Below are positions 10,941 through 20,076 of a stretch of 64,000 nt of DNA, in pieces. This DNA comes from an uncultured Gemmatimonadales bacterium. GTDB lineage: Bacteria > Gemmatimonadota > Gemmatimonadetes > Gemmatimonadales > Gemmatimonadaceae. Position 1 is the first letter of the stretch. Every line of letters starts with the position of its first letter. Under the pieces are notes generated by a model that saw only the letters and a program-made list of their open reading frames with translations, searched no databases and was not told the origin of the DNA. The translations under genes and the position numbers were made by a program. Where the stretch lies: positions 832,001-896,000 of the forward strand of contig CAWBZV010000003.1 of the NCBI GenBank assembly GCA_963793305.1, given 5' to 3'.

Positions 10941-11508
10941 TCAATTACGCCCGGCGATCGCGCTCACGTTCATCCTGATCGTGATCACCGGGTTGATCTA
11001 TCCTGGTATTGTCACCGGCCTCGCGCAGGCGCTCTTCCCGCACCAGGCCAATGGCTCGCTGATCGAATCGAATGGTCGCGTGGTTGGCAGTGGGCTCATC
11101 GGGCAATCATTCGCGTCGGCCAAATATTTTCATCCTCGGCCATCGGCCGCCGGGTCCGGATATATCGGTGATTCGTCGTCGGGGACCAACAAGGGTCCAA
11201 CAGACCGCAAATTGGCCGACACGCTGATCGCGCAAGCCGTTGACAGTGCCGTCAAGAACGACGGTGCAGTAAAGGGGCATATCCCGGCCGACATGGTGAC
11301 ATCGTCGGGCTCGGGCCTCGATCCTCATATCTCGCCGGCAACGGCGGAGATACAAATTGCCCGCGTCGCCAGAGCGCGGGGCGTTTCAGCCGATCGCATC
11401 CGCGCGATCGTCGCCGCACACACCGAAGCCCGCCAGCTCGGATTCTTCGGCGAGCCACGCGTGAACGTGCTGCTGCTCAACCTGGCGTTGGACTCACTCA
11501 ACCACTAA
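10930..11508 (+). CDS. kdpC: K+-transporting ATPase subunit C
   Basis: [51 protein letters not shown]. Confidence 0.97.
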   Translation: MLRNQLRPAIALTFILIVITGLIYPGIVTGLAQALFPHQANGSLIESNGRVVGSGLIGQSFASAKYFHPRPSAAGSGYIGDSSSGTNKGPTDRKLADTLIAQAVDSAVKNDGAVKGHIPADMVTSSGSGLDPHISPATAEIQIARVARARGVSADRIRAIVAAHTEARQLGFFGEPRVNVLLLNLALDSLNH

Positions 11509-11520
11509 GCCCCCAGCCAT

Positions 11521-12891
11521 ATGCGAAATTTTCTCGGCGTCTACGCACTCGCGTGGGCGCTGGGCGGAGCCGCGTCTGCCCAGCAGCCCGATTCCACGAA
11601 ATCCGACTCCACGAAGTCGGCCAAGCCCAAACCTCCCGACCCGTTCTCGTTCGCCGACTTCACGTGGGTCAACGGCAACAGCCGCGCCCACTCATCCCCG
11701 CTCGACACCAAATGGTTCACCCCGGAGCTCCGCGTCGACGTCAACTTCGTCAGTGACTTCAATCGCCCCAAGGACCACACGCTCGATGGGGCCGCCGAGA
11801 TGGGCCGCACGAGCGAGTTCCAGCTCCAGCAGTTCGGGATCGGCGGCGACTTTCACTACGACAACGTTCGCGCGCGGCTCATGACCCAGTTCGGCGCGTA
11901 CTCGACCGAGACGCCGCGCGACGACGCCAGTCCATCGCGGGGTCAGTTCCAGCTCGCTGACGCCTACAGGTACGTCTCCGAGGCGTATGGCGGGTATCAC
12001 TTCGACGTGATGAACGGGATCAACGTCGACTTCGGCATCTTCGACTCGTACATCGGTCTCTTCAGCTACTACAATGCGGACAACTGGGCGTACCAGCCGT
12101 CGTATGTGTCGGCCAATACGCCGTGGTTCTTCAACGGCATGCGCGTGCAGATGTTCCCGAGCCAGAAGCTCAAGGTCGAGTTCTGGCTCATCAACGGGTG
12201 GCAGTCGTACGGCATGTTCAACAGCTCGCCGGGCTACGGCACGCAGATCCTCTGGCGTCCGACGGGCAACCTCTCGATGCTGTCAAATGACTACTGGGGG
12301 TACGACGACTTGGGCGCACCGTCGCGCTCCCGCATCCATAGCGACGACAGCTTCTTGATGAAGGTCTACGATTCACCGAACAGTCTGTGGGACAAGTCGG
12401 CTTTCTCGTTCACGTTCGACATCGGCTGCGAGTTCGGCGATCATGTGAACTGTGCCAAGGCCGGACCGGGCCGTCCCCAGCAGTACTTCGTCGGCTTCAT
12501 GCTCTATGACCGCAACTGGTTCTATCACGACCATTTCGGCATCACGGTCGGCGGCGGCGCCATCAACAATCCGGGCCGGTACCTCGTCCTGCCGCCGCCG
12601 ATCAACGGCGCCACGGCGGCGGTCTCTTCGCCCTATTTCACGTTCAATCCGGGTGACCAATTCCACGCCTGGGATGCATCGATCTCGTTCGACTGGGCAC
12701 CGAACGACTTCTTCATGTTCCGCATCGAGCCTGATCGTCGAGGCTCGAGCGTGCCGTATTTCGTCGGGCGCCAAGGCATCACGCCCATCGGCGGCAATAC
12801 GGGGAATCCCGCGGCAATGGTACCCGGCTTCACGCCGGACCTCGTGAAGGAGGAGATGCGCATCAACTTCGCCGTGCTGGTCAAGATGTAA
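11521..12891 (+). CDS. Outer-membrane beta-barrel porin (kdp-associated, OmpL-like/BBP2-type)
   Basis: Signal peptide; aromatic-rich alternating beta-strands; NGW motif; directly after kdpC. Confidence 0.8.
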   Translation: MRNFLGVYALAWALGGAASAQQPDSTKSDSTKSAKPKPPDPFSFADFTWVNGNSRAHSSPLDTKWFTPELRVDVNFVSDFNRPKDHTLDGAAEMGRTSEFQLQQFGIGGDFHYDNVRARLMTQFGAYSTETPRDDASPSRGQFQLADAYRYVSEAYGGYHFDVMNGINVDFGIFDSYIGLFSYYNADNWAYQPSYVSANTPWFFNGMRVQMFPSQKLKVEFWLINGWQSYGMFNSSPGYGTQILWRPTGNLSMLSNDYWGYDDLGAPSRSRIHSDDSFLMKVYDSPNSLWDKSAFSFTFDIGCEFGDHVNCAKAGPGRPQQYFVGFMLYDRNWFYHDHFGITVGGGAINNPGRYLVLPPPINGATAAVSSPYFTFNPGDQFHAWDASISFDWAPNDFFMFRIEPDRRGSSVPYFVGRQGITPIGGNTGNPAAMVPGFTPDLVKEEMRINFAVLVKM

Positions 12892-12935
12892 AAAGGGGGT
12901 AGCCCAATGTCGCCCAGTGGACCACGTTATGGCGC

Positions 12936-14060
12936 ATGGTTTCGCGCACGAGTCTCTCGGGATTATTGGTGCTCTCACTCGCACCCGTATGCGCCGGCGC
13001 GCAGACCAGCGCGCCGGCCGCATCGGTGGCCGACACGACACCCAAGATCACGTTCGGCGCATTTATCGACGGATACTACGCGTGGGATTTCGACCGGCCG
13101 TACAACTTCGACCGCGCGTTCACGACCCAACCGGCGCGGCACGCCGAGTTCAACATCAACCTGGCGTATGTCGAGGTGAAGCTCACCGCGCCGAATTTTC
13201 GCGGGCGACTCGCCGTGCAGTTCGGGACGTCCGTGCAGGATCTGTACGCGGCCGAGCCGCACATCGGCGATGTGAGCGGTCCATCCGTGGCCGAGTTCAT
13301 CCAGGAAGCGACGGCCGGCTACAAGCTCAGTTCGACCCTGTGGATCGACGGCGGCATCTTCGCCGCGCACACGGGCTACGAGGGCTGGATCTCGCGCGAC
13401 AACCTGACGTACACGAGATCGATCATGGCCGACTATTCAGCGTACTACGAGGCCGGGGTCAAGCTGACCTGGACGCCGTCCCAGGCCGTGGCGGCGCAAT
13501 TTCTCGTCCTCAACGGGTGGCAGGACATCTCGAACTACAACACGCCGCCCGCCCTCGGCGCTCGCGTAGACTACACCGTGTCGCCCGTGCTCACGCTATC
13601 GTACGACAACTTCGTGGGGGTTATCTCCCCGGATACGGTGATCCCACAGGTGCGGTTCTTCAACGAGTGGATCGCCCAGTACAACCCGACCGCTCGCTGG
13701 CAGTTGGCCGCCGCGATCGACGTAGGGCTGCAGAGCCGGACGGCGAGCGCGCATGGCACCGCGACCTGGGATGGCGCCGCGCTCTTCGCCAAGTATCACG
13801 CGACCGCCAAGGTCGGCATCGTCGGCCGGATAGAGCGGTACGCCGATCCGAGTCGGGCGATCGTTCAAACGAATCTGCCGGCGACGTTCGAGGCGAGCGG
13901 CGCATCGCTTGGGGTCGACATCGCCCCCGTGTCGCGGCTCCTCTGGCGAACGGAGGCGCGAGGATTGCGCGCCGACCGGCCTGTCTTCCCCCTGCACCAC
14001 GCTGGCGATTATTCTCGCAATGACGGGTTCGTCGTCACCTCGCTCGCCTTGACCATTTGA
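12936..14060 (+). CDS. Second outer-membrane beta-barrel porin (BBP2-type)
   Basis: Signal peptide; FIDGYYAWDF, NLAYVEV, DGGIFAAHTGYE, PY/AYYEAG-type motif and LNGWQ. Confidence 0.8.
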   Translation: MVSRTSLSGLLVLSLAPVCAGAQTSAPAASVADTTPKITFGAFIDGYYAWDFDRPYNFDRAFTTQPARHAEFNINLAYVEVKLTAPNFRGRLAVQFGTSVQDLYAAEPHIGDVSGPSVAEFIQEATAGYKLSSTLWIDGGIFAAHTGYEGWISRDNLTYTRSIMADYSAYYEAGVKLTWTPSQAVAAQFLVLNGWQDISNYNTPPALGARVDYTVSPVLTLSYDNFVGVISPDTVIPQVRFFNEWIAQYNPTARWQLAAAIDVGLQSRTASAHGTATWDGAALFAKYHATAKVGIVGRIERYADPSRAIVQTNLPATFEASGASLGVDIAPVSRLLWRTEARGLRADRPVFPLHHAGDYSRNDGFVVTSLALTI

Positions 14061-15190
14061 GCGACTTTCTCACTCTCGTCCGGCAGCGCGAGCGCGGCAA
14101 GCTCAAGCTGTACATCGGGTCGGCGGCCGGCGTCGGCAAGACGTACCGGATGCTGAACGAGGCGTGCGCCTTGAGAAATCGCGGGGTCGATGTCGTCATC
14201 GCGTTCGTCGAGACGCACGGGCGTGCGGATACCGAGGCGCAAATTGGCGATCTCGAGATCGTGCCACGCAAGCGCATCGAGTACCGTGGCGTGACGCTCG
14301 AAGATATGGACGTCGAGGCGGTGCTCGCTCGGCGTCCGGATATCGCCGTCGTCGACGAGTTGGCGCATACGAATGTCCCCGGGGCCAAGCACGCCAAACG
14401 GTGGCAAGACGTCATGGAGCTGCTCGACGAAGGCATCAACGTCATCTCGGCCGTCAACGTCCAGCATCTCGAATCGCTGAATGACGTCGTGGCCCAAACG
14501 CTGGGCGTAACGGTTCGCGAAACCGTCCCCGACTGGGTGGTCGCCACTGCCGATCAAGTGGTGAACCTGGACATCTCGGCGCAGGATCTTCGTCAGCGGC
14601 TGCAAGAGGGAAAGATCTATCCCAAAGAAAAAATACAAGCTGCACTGGCCAATTTTTTCACCGAAGAGAATCTGACGACGCTCCGTGAGCTCGCACTGAG
14701 GGAAGTGGCGAGCTCGGTGGACAGAACACGCGAGCAGATCGTTCGGCGCGAGGCGGGCGAGGCGCCGGCGCCCAAGACCGTTGACCGTGTTCTCGTCGCG
14801 CTCTCCAGCGACCCGCCACAATCGGCGGTTCTCCTGCGCAAGGCGAGCCGAATCGCCGGCCGCCTGAATACCGACTGGTACTGCGTGTACGTTCAAACAC
14901 CGGACGAAGCCGCCGACCGGATCGACTCGACGATCCAGCGTCGTCTCGTCGACAACATTCAGCTGGCGCAGGCTCTCGGCGCCGAGGTCGTGAAGCTCAC
15001 GGGTACCGATGTCGCAGCGACGCTACTGGAGTTTGCCGGCGAGAAGGGCGTGACCTTGATCCTCACCGGTCAGAGCCGCCGCCCGTGGTTCCAACATCCG
15101 TTCCGCGGCTCGGTCGTCGCACAGCTCGTGAAGAACACGCAGGGGCTCGACGTGCTCGTCGCCTCCGGCGTGGACCGGGAGGACGACTAG
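14057..15190 (+). CDS. kdpD: Stand-alone KdpD N-terminal sensor domain plus universal stress (Usp) domain
   Basis: RGKLKLYIGSAAGVGKTYRML (Walker A), VETHGR, VDELAHTN, NVQHLESLND, LRELALR, followed by a Usp-like domain; no TM or kinase domain. Confidence 0.9.
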   Translation: MSDFLTLVRQRERGKLKLYIGSAAGVGKTYRMLNEACALRNRGVDVVIAFVETHGRADTEAQIGDLEIVPRKRIEYRGVTLEDMDVEAVLARRPDIAVVDELAHTNVPGAKHAKRWQDVMELLDEGINVISAVNVQHLESLNDVVAQTLGVTVRETVPDWVVATADQVVNLDISAQDLRQRLQEGKIYPKEKIQAALANFFTEENLTTLRELALREVASSVDRTREQIVRREAGEAPAPKTVDRVLVALSSDPPQSAVLLRKASRIAGRLNTDWYCVYVQTPDEAADRIDSTIQRRLVDNIQLAQALGAEVVKLTGTDVAATLLEFAGEKGVTLILTGQSRRPWFQHPFRGSVVAQLVKNTQGLDVLVASGVDREDD

Positions 15191-16185
15191 TGCGCGTCGG
15201 CGCCCGTCTCTTTCTCTCGCTCGTGCCCGCGATCCTGGGCGTATTTACCGTTGCTGGGCTCGCCTACTGGGGCGAATACGGGCGGCAGGCACCACATGTG
15301 CTGGTCATTACGGCGGTGATCGCGTCGGTGGCCTCACTGATCATGACTTGGATGAACACGCAATACGTGGCGAAGCGGGTGCAGAAGCTCGCGGAAGGAT
15401 CGCCCCGAGAGGGTTCTGGGGCGTTTCGCCTGCGGGACGTAGCCGACGCGGTCACCGGTCGAGCGATCTCGACGGGCGCTCGCGACGAGCTCGATCGCAT
15501 CGAGCACACGGTCGATCGGCTGTCGAGCGAGCTCGAACGGGTGCGCTCCGAGCGCAACGTGAGTCAGGCCGAGTCCAGCGAGAGGATCCGCGAATACACG
15601 AAACTGTTGGCCAATGCGACGGGCGACGCCATGAAGCAGCTCGACGAAGCGCGGCTGCCGTTGCACATCCTGCTCGATAACAAGTTCGGCGATCTCAATG
15701 AGAACCAGGAAGAGATGCTGGCCGCCGCTCGGTCGGCGGTCGAGCAGGCCGACCTCCGCCTTCGCCGGCTGCGCGAGATCGTCGACATCGATGCCGGGCG
15801 CGTGCCGCTGCGTAGGGATGCGGTTCGCACCGGAGACCTCATCACGTCGCTGCTGCCCGGGCTCAACGCCCAGGGCCAAGAGAGTGGCGTCGAGGTGACC
15901 GCCGACCTCGCGCCCGCGCTTCCCCGGGTCACCGCTGATCGCGCCAAGTTGCAGGAGGCGTGTGGCCTGTTGCTCAGTGAGCGCGTGCGCGGGCTACCGC
16001 CTGGCAGCAAGGTCGCGATCTCGGCCGAGCAGTCTGGGGACGTCGTGAAGATCGACGTGAAGCACCCTGGTGGTACGGAAGGGACCGGAGCCGACACCGC
16101 GCTCGCTCGACGCCTGATTGCGGCAATCGGCGGCACCGTCGAAGATCACGATGGTATAACCACCATCACGCTCCCGAGGAACTAA
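15190..16185 (+). CDS. Membrane histidine-kinase-like protein with degenerate catalytic motifs (pseudokinase)
   Basis: GTG overlaps the upstream stop; 2 TM, HAMP-like and HisKA-like segments (LLDNKFGDLNENQEEML); HATPase-like tail lacking intact H, N and G1 boxes. Confidence 0.75.
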   Translation: MRVGARLFLSLVPAILGVFTVAGLAYWGEYGRQAPHVLVITAVIASVASLIMTWMNTQYVAKRVQKLAEGSPREGSGAFRLRDVADAVTGRAISTGARDELDRIEHTVDRLSSELERVRSERNVSQAESSERIREYTKLLANATGDAMKQLDEARLPLHILLDNKFGDLNENQEEMLAAARSAVEQADLRLRRLREIVDIDAGRVPLRRDAVRTGDLITSLLPGLNAQGQESGVEVTADLAPALPRVTADRAKLQEACGLLLSERVRGLPPGSKVAISAEQSGDVVKIDVKHPGGTEGTGADTALARRLIAAIGGTVEDHDGITTITLPRN

Positions 16186-17132
16186 TGCGCACGCTGCTTA
16201 TACTGGCGGCGGCCGCTCTAGCGGCGCCGGGCATCGTCGAATACCAGATCCCGCGCAGCGGAGCGTTCCCGCATGATCCGGCCGTCGGGAAAGACGGCAT
16301 CGTGTGGTACACGGACCAGGCGAACAGCTATATCGGCCGCCTCGACCCGGCGACGGGAAAAATCACCGACTATCCGTGTCCCACGCCAAGCTCGGGCCCG
16401 CACGGCATCACGGTTGCCTCGGACGGCAGCGTGTGGTACACCGCGAATCGTATTGGGAAAATCGGACGGCTCGACCCGGCGACAGGCAAGATTCAGGAGT
16501 TCGTGCTTCCCAAAGAAGCCGATGATCCGCACACGCTGATTGTCGTCAACGGCAGGGTGTGGTTCACCGTCCAACAGGCCGATCTCTATGGCGTCTTGGA
16601 TCCGTCGACCGGAAAGGCCACCATCTGGCCCGTGCCAGTGAAAAAAGCGTTGCCCTATGGCATCGCCGCCTCTCCCGATGGCCACCTCTGGATTGCCTTG
16701 TTTGGGACCAACCAACTCGGTCGCGTCACGCCATCGAATGGCGAGATGAAGTTGTACCCACTACCGGAAGCCAACACCCGCCCGCGCCGGATCGTCGTCG
16801 ACGGCACTGGCCAGGTCTGGTACACCGACTACTCGCAGGGCTATCTGGGCATGTTGGACCCGAAGACCGGCCAGACCAAACAATGGCCGGCGCCAGACGG
16901 GAAGGGGGCGGGCCCCTATGGTATCGCGATCGGCCCGGACGGGAAGATCTGGTATGACGAGTCGGGGTCGAGTCGCATCGTCTCGTTCGACCCGAAGACG
17001 GGACAGTCCACGACAGTGGACATCCCCACCAAAGGGGCCATCGTGCGCAATATGGAAACGGATTCGACCCGTGGCCGACTGTGGCTAGCGCTCTCCGGCA
17101 CGGGCCGAATCGGGCGCATCGATTTACGTTGA
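16185..17132 (+). CDS. Secreted Vgb (virginiamycin B lyase)-like beta-propeller
   Basis: Seven ~42-aa repeats (PHGIxxxxDGxVWYT..IGRLDPxTG); signal peptide. Confidence 0.85.
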   Translation: MRTLLILAAAALAAPGIVEYQIPRSGAFPHDPAVGKDGIVWYTDQANSYIGRLDPATGKITDYPCPTPSSGPHGITVASDGSVWYTANRIGKIGRLDPATGKIQEFVLPKEADDPHTLIVVNGRVWFTVQQADLYGVLDPSTGKATIWPVPVKKALPYGIAASPDGHLWIALFGTNQLGRVTPSNGEMKLYPLPEANTRPRRIVVDGTGQVWYTDYSQGYLGMLDPKTGQTKQWPAPDGKGAGPYGIAIGPDGKIWYDESGSSRIVSFDPKTGQSTTVDIPTKGAIVRNMETDSTRGRLWLALSGTGRIGRIDLR

Positions 17133-17152
17133 GGGCCATGTATTCACGGTTC

Positions 17153-17245
17153 TGCGCCGCGCTTCGCGGCGGCTCGAACGCTTCGAGGCAGTGCTTCGCC
17201 CTGCTCGAAGCTGGTCGGTTGGACAGCGCTCGACTGCGTCGAGCT
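17153..17245 (-). repeat. Dispersed three-hairpin element, copy B
   Basis: Minus strand: GCTCGAC-GCA-GTCGAGC, CAACCGACCA, GCTTCG..CGAAGC, CGCCG..CGGCG. Confidence 0.8.
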
Positions 17246-18193
17246 TTGGCTCTGGCGGCCGCCGCCGCGACCGCGGTCATTGTCGGCGCGACTTCGGGCT
17301 GTCTCGGCAACACCACCGTTGCCGCTCCGCCGCCGGCGGACACCGTCTGCGCCCGCGGCGCGCTCAAGGTCGGCGATAGCATCGTCAACATATTCGACGC
17401 CGCCAACGGCTGTCGCACGGTCGATCTCTACTCGGCCGAGACCACGTTCGCCAACGCGTATACGGTGGCGCTCACGTCGGGGTCGGGCTATCTCATCACG
17501 ATGGGCACGACGGACTCGAACCCGTACCTGCGTTCGTCGCTCGAGCTCGTGAACACGAAGAAGCGGTTGATCGCCTACGACACGTACTATTTCCCACAGG
17601 AAGCGGCGCTGACGTTCGTGGCGGACAGCACGATCAACTGGACGGTGAGGGCCGCGACCCTGGACACGCTCGCCGGCGATCTCGGGCAGTATTTCATCAA
17701 GATGCAGTCGTGCAAGGTGCCCGTTGCGTTGCTGGTCAACTCGACGGACTCGGCGACGCACTCGGACAGCCTCACGAAATCAGACTGCAAAATGCCGATG
17801 GGCGACTTCAATCCCGTCGACAGCTCGCGCGTGCATCTCTACTCGATGCATCTGGACGCGGGCCAGTCGCGCACGCTGACCTACAGCTCCACGGTGCCGA
17901 TGGTGATTCTGATCGGCCCAACGTACGACACGTTCGCGTCGCTCCTGGGATCGCGCGGCGCCGATAGCCTCGACTCCCAGAGCGGCTCGCTGGAGTTCTT
18001 CCCGGACTCGACCGCCGACTATACGGTCGTCGTCGGCACCTTTGCTTATTCTACGACGAGCGTGCCGTACACGCTGACCATCGGCGCGGAGCACGCGCCA
18101 TCGGTGCAACGAGTGCTCCCCCGGCATCGTATTACCGAGCATGAGACCCATTTGTCTGTCGGCACTCGCCCTCGCTGCTGCAGCGTGCGGTAG
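17219..18193 (+). CDS. Lipoprotein of unknown function (paralog 1)
   Basis: Lipobox-like TSGC after a hydrophobic stretch; Ser/Thr-rich beta sequence; aligns along its length with the next gene. Start uncertain (TTG 17219 or ATG 17138). Confidence 0.75.
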   Translation: MDSARLRRALALAAAAATAVIVGATSGCLGNTTVAAPPPADTVCARGALKVGDSIVNIFDAANGCRTVDLYSAETTFANAYTVALTSGSGYLITMGTTDSNPYLRSSLELVNTKKRLIAYDTYYFPQEAALTFVADSTINWTVRAATLDTLAGDLGQYFIKMQSCKVPVALLVNSTDSATHSDSLTKSDCKMPMGDFNPVDSSRVHLYSMHLDAGQSRTLTYSSTVPMVILIGPTYDTFASLLGSRGADSLDSQSGSLEFFPDSTADYTVVVGTFAYSTTSVPYTLTIGAEHAPSVQRVLPRHRITEHETHLSVGTRPRCCSVR

Positions 18194-19088
18194 CGACAAC
18201 ACCCCCACATCCGCCAATTCGGCGGCGAAAAGCGTCGCCTGCGCCACGGGATCCCTCTCCGTTGGCGCGATGCACAATGGGGATCTCGACTCGGCGTCGA
18301 CCTGCAAGCGAGCCAGTGCCGTCTCGGGCGATTCGACGCTGACGGCGTTCTATACGCTGAGCGTCCAGTCGGGCCATGGCTATCTGTTGGCAATGGCCGG
18401 ACAATCTCTGCACAGCGTGATGGCATTGGTCTCGCCGGGCGACACGTTGCGGGCGTTGAGCCCCGTGTATGCCGGCCCGTTCCCGATCGCGCGGATGCTG
18501 ATCGCGAGCGAGGTGACCGAGACGGACACGGTGCGCGCGACGACGTTCGATACGCTGGCGAGCGACACGGGCGCGTACACGCTCACGACGCAGGCGTGCA
18601 AGGCGCCGGTGCCGCCCCTCATGCAGCCCACGGACTCGATCACGCATACCGACACCATCAGCGTCGGCGGCGACTGCCCGGTGCTCCTGTCGGACTTCGT
18701 GAACAACGCGAATGGCGAACAGGTCTTCGTGCACCTGTACTCGCTGCACTTTTCAGAGCGGGGTGTGTTCCGTCAGGTGACGGTCGACGCCTCGAGCCCG
18801 GTCTGGCTGCTCATGGGCGGACCGGAAGACGACGCGTTCGGGGCGATCGCCGGACAGAGCACCGTCTCGTCGATCGACACGGCCACGACGCACACGATCA
18901 ACGATTTCGGTACGGGTCAGGGGCACTACACGTTCATCGTGGCGGCGACCGCGCCGGCGTCCTACACGCTGACGATCGGGACCGAGCAGCCCTTCTCGAG
19001 CGTTACTCGGTTTTCCAGAAGTCGATCCCGCCCGCTTGTGGTCCAACATCAATCGACGCCACCTTCTGTAGTGCGTCGAGGTCGATGA
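18141..19088 (+). CDS. Lipoprotein of unknown function (paralog 2)
   Basis: MRPICLSALALAAAAC lipoprotein signal; shares TVRAxTxDTLA, QxCKxPV, TDSxTHxD and VHLYSxH with paralog 1. Confidence 0.8.
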   Translation: MRPICLSALALAAAACGSDNTPTSANSAAKSVACATGSLSVGAMHNGDLDSASTCKRASAVSGDSTLTAFYTLSVQSGHGYLLAMAGQSLHSVMALVSPGDTLRALSPVYAGPFPIARMLIASEVTETDTVRATTFDTLASDTGAYTLTTQACKAPVPPLMQPTDSITHTDTISVGGDCPVLLSDFVNNANGEQVFVHLYSLHFSERGVFRQVTVDASSPVWLLMGGPEDDAFGAIAGQSTVSSIDTATTHTINDFGTGQGHYTFIVAATAPASYTLTIGTEQPFSSVTRFSRSRSRPLVVQHQSTPPSVVRRGR

Positions 19089-20076
19089 CGTCGACCGTGC
19101 CGGGTTGGGAGCCGATGCCTTCGTCGGTGACGAACGCGTAGCGATCATCGGGCGTCACGGCGACGCCGCTCGTGACCTTGCGCGTGGTCGGGATGCGGGC
19201 GAGCTCTTTCCCACTCGCCACGTCGACGATCGACACCGATTGCCCGCGTTTGTTGGTGCCGACGAGCAGCTTGCCGTTGTGGGTGACGGCGAGATTGTAG
19301 ACGCCTTCCCCAAACGGGATGCGGCGGGTCATCGTCCACCTCTTGACGTCGATCTCGACGACATCGTTCGTCTTGTTGCAAGCGACCCAGACCTTGGTGC
19401 CATCGGGCGACGGTTGCGCCCACGTTGGCAAACATGTCGGGACTGACATCTGCGCGGGTCGTGACGTCACGCCATGCTCGGCGCCGGTCGCCACACTAAA
19501 CCACCGGGCAACCTTCAAATTGCGCGCATCGATCTCGACGAGCATGTCGTCCATCATGCACGCCGAGTAGTGCCGGGTCCCGCTGGCATTCAACCGCGAC
19601 CCATGGGGCATGGTACACGTGGGGATCCGTGCGATCTCGGTGAGCCCATCGGTATACACGACGGACACCGATGACGTGATCATGTCGCCGTACAAATTGA
19701 AATTCACGACGTAGACATAGGCGCCGTCGGGCGTGACCTGCAGGGTGGCGGGGAAGAGGCCGAGCTCGACCCGACCGACGAGCGTGTCGCCTTTCGTCGT
19801 GTATTTCCAGAGCGACCCTTCCGGAGTTCCGTGGGCGGTGGAGACGTAGTAATAGCGTCCGTCGGGCGAGACGCCGAGGCCGTGCGGCCCGACGGGCTCG
19901 GTGGGATTGAACCCCATCTTGATCTGATGGTCGACTTTGGCGCCATTCGGCCCAAATCGCACCAGCGCGATGTGGTCGTTGCCTTCGGAGCCGACGAAGA
20001 AGAGATAGTCGACCTTGGGCGGCTCGATCGGTTTTTGCAGTACAACGACGGCCAGCAGCAGCGTCAATGCTCTCAT
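19003..20076 (-). CDS. YncE/YVTN-family beta-propeller, secreted
   Basis: Repeats such as PHGLGVSPDGRYYYV, VTPDGAYVYV, SPDGTKVWV and VTPDDRYAFV; short N-terminal signal. Confidence 0.85.
   Translation of the reverse strand: MRALTLLLAVVVLQKPIEPPKVDYLFFVGSEGNDHIALVRFGPNGAKVDHQIKMGFNPTEPVGPHGLGVSPDGRYYYVSTAHGTPEGSLWKYTTKGDTLVGRVELGLFPATLQVTPDGAYVYVVNFNLYGDMITSSVSVVYTDGLTEIARIPTCTMPHGSRLNASGTRHYSACMMDDMLVEIDARNLKVARWFSVATGAEHGVTSRPAQMSVPTCLPTWAQPSPDGTKVWVACNKTNDVVEIDVKRWTMTRRIPFGEGVYNLAVTHNGKLLVGTNKRGQSVSIVDVASGKELARIPTTRKVTSGVAVTPDDRYAFVTDEGIGSQPGTVDVIDLDALQKVASIDVGPQAGGIDFWKTE

Noticed and set aside
16185..17132. Bona fide streptogramin resistance gene (vgb)
   Set aside because: It has a signal peptide and belongs to a broad propeller family; resistance function cannot be inferred from the sequence.
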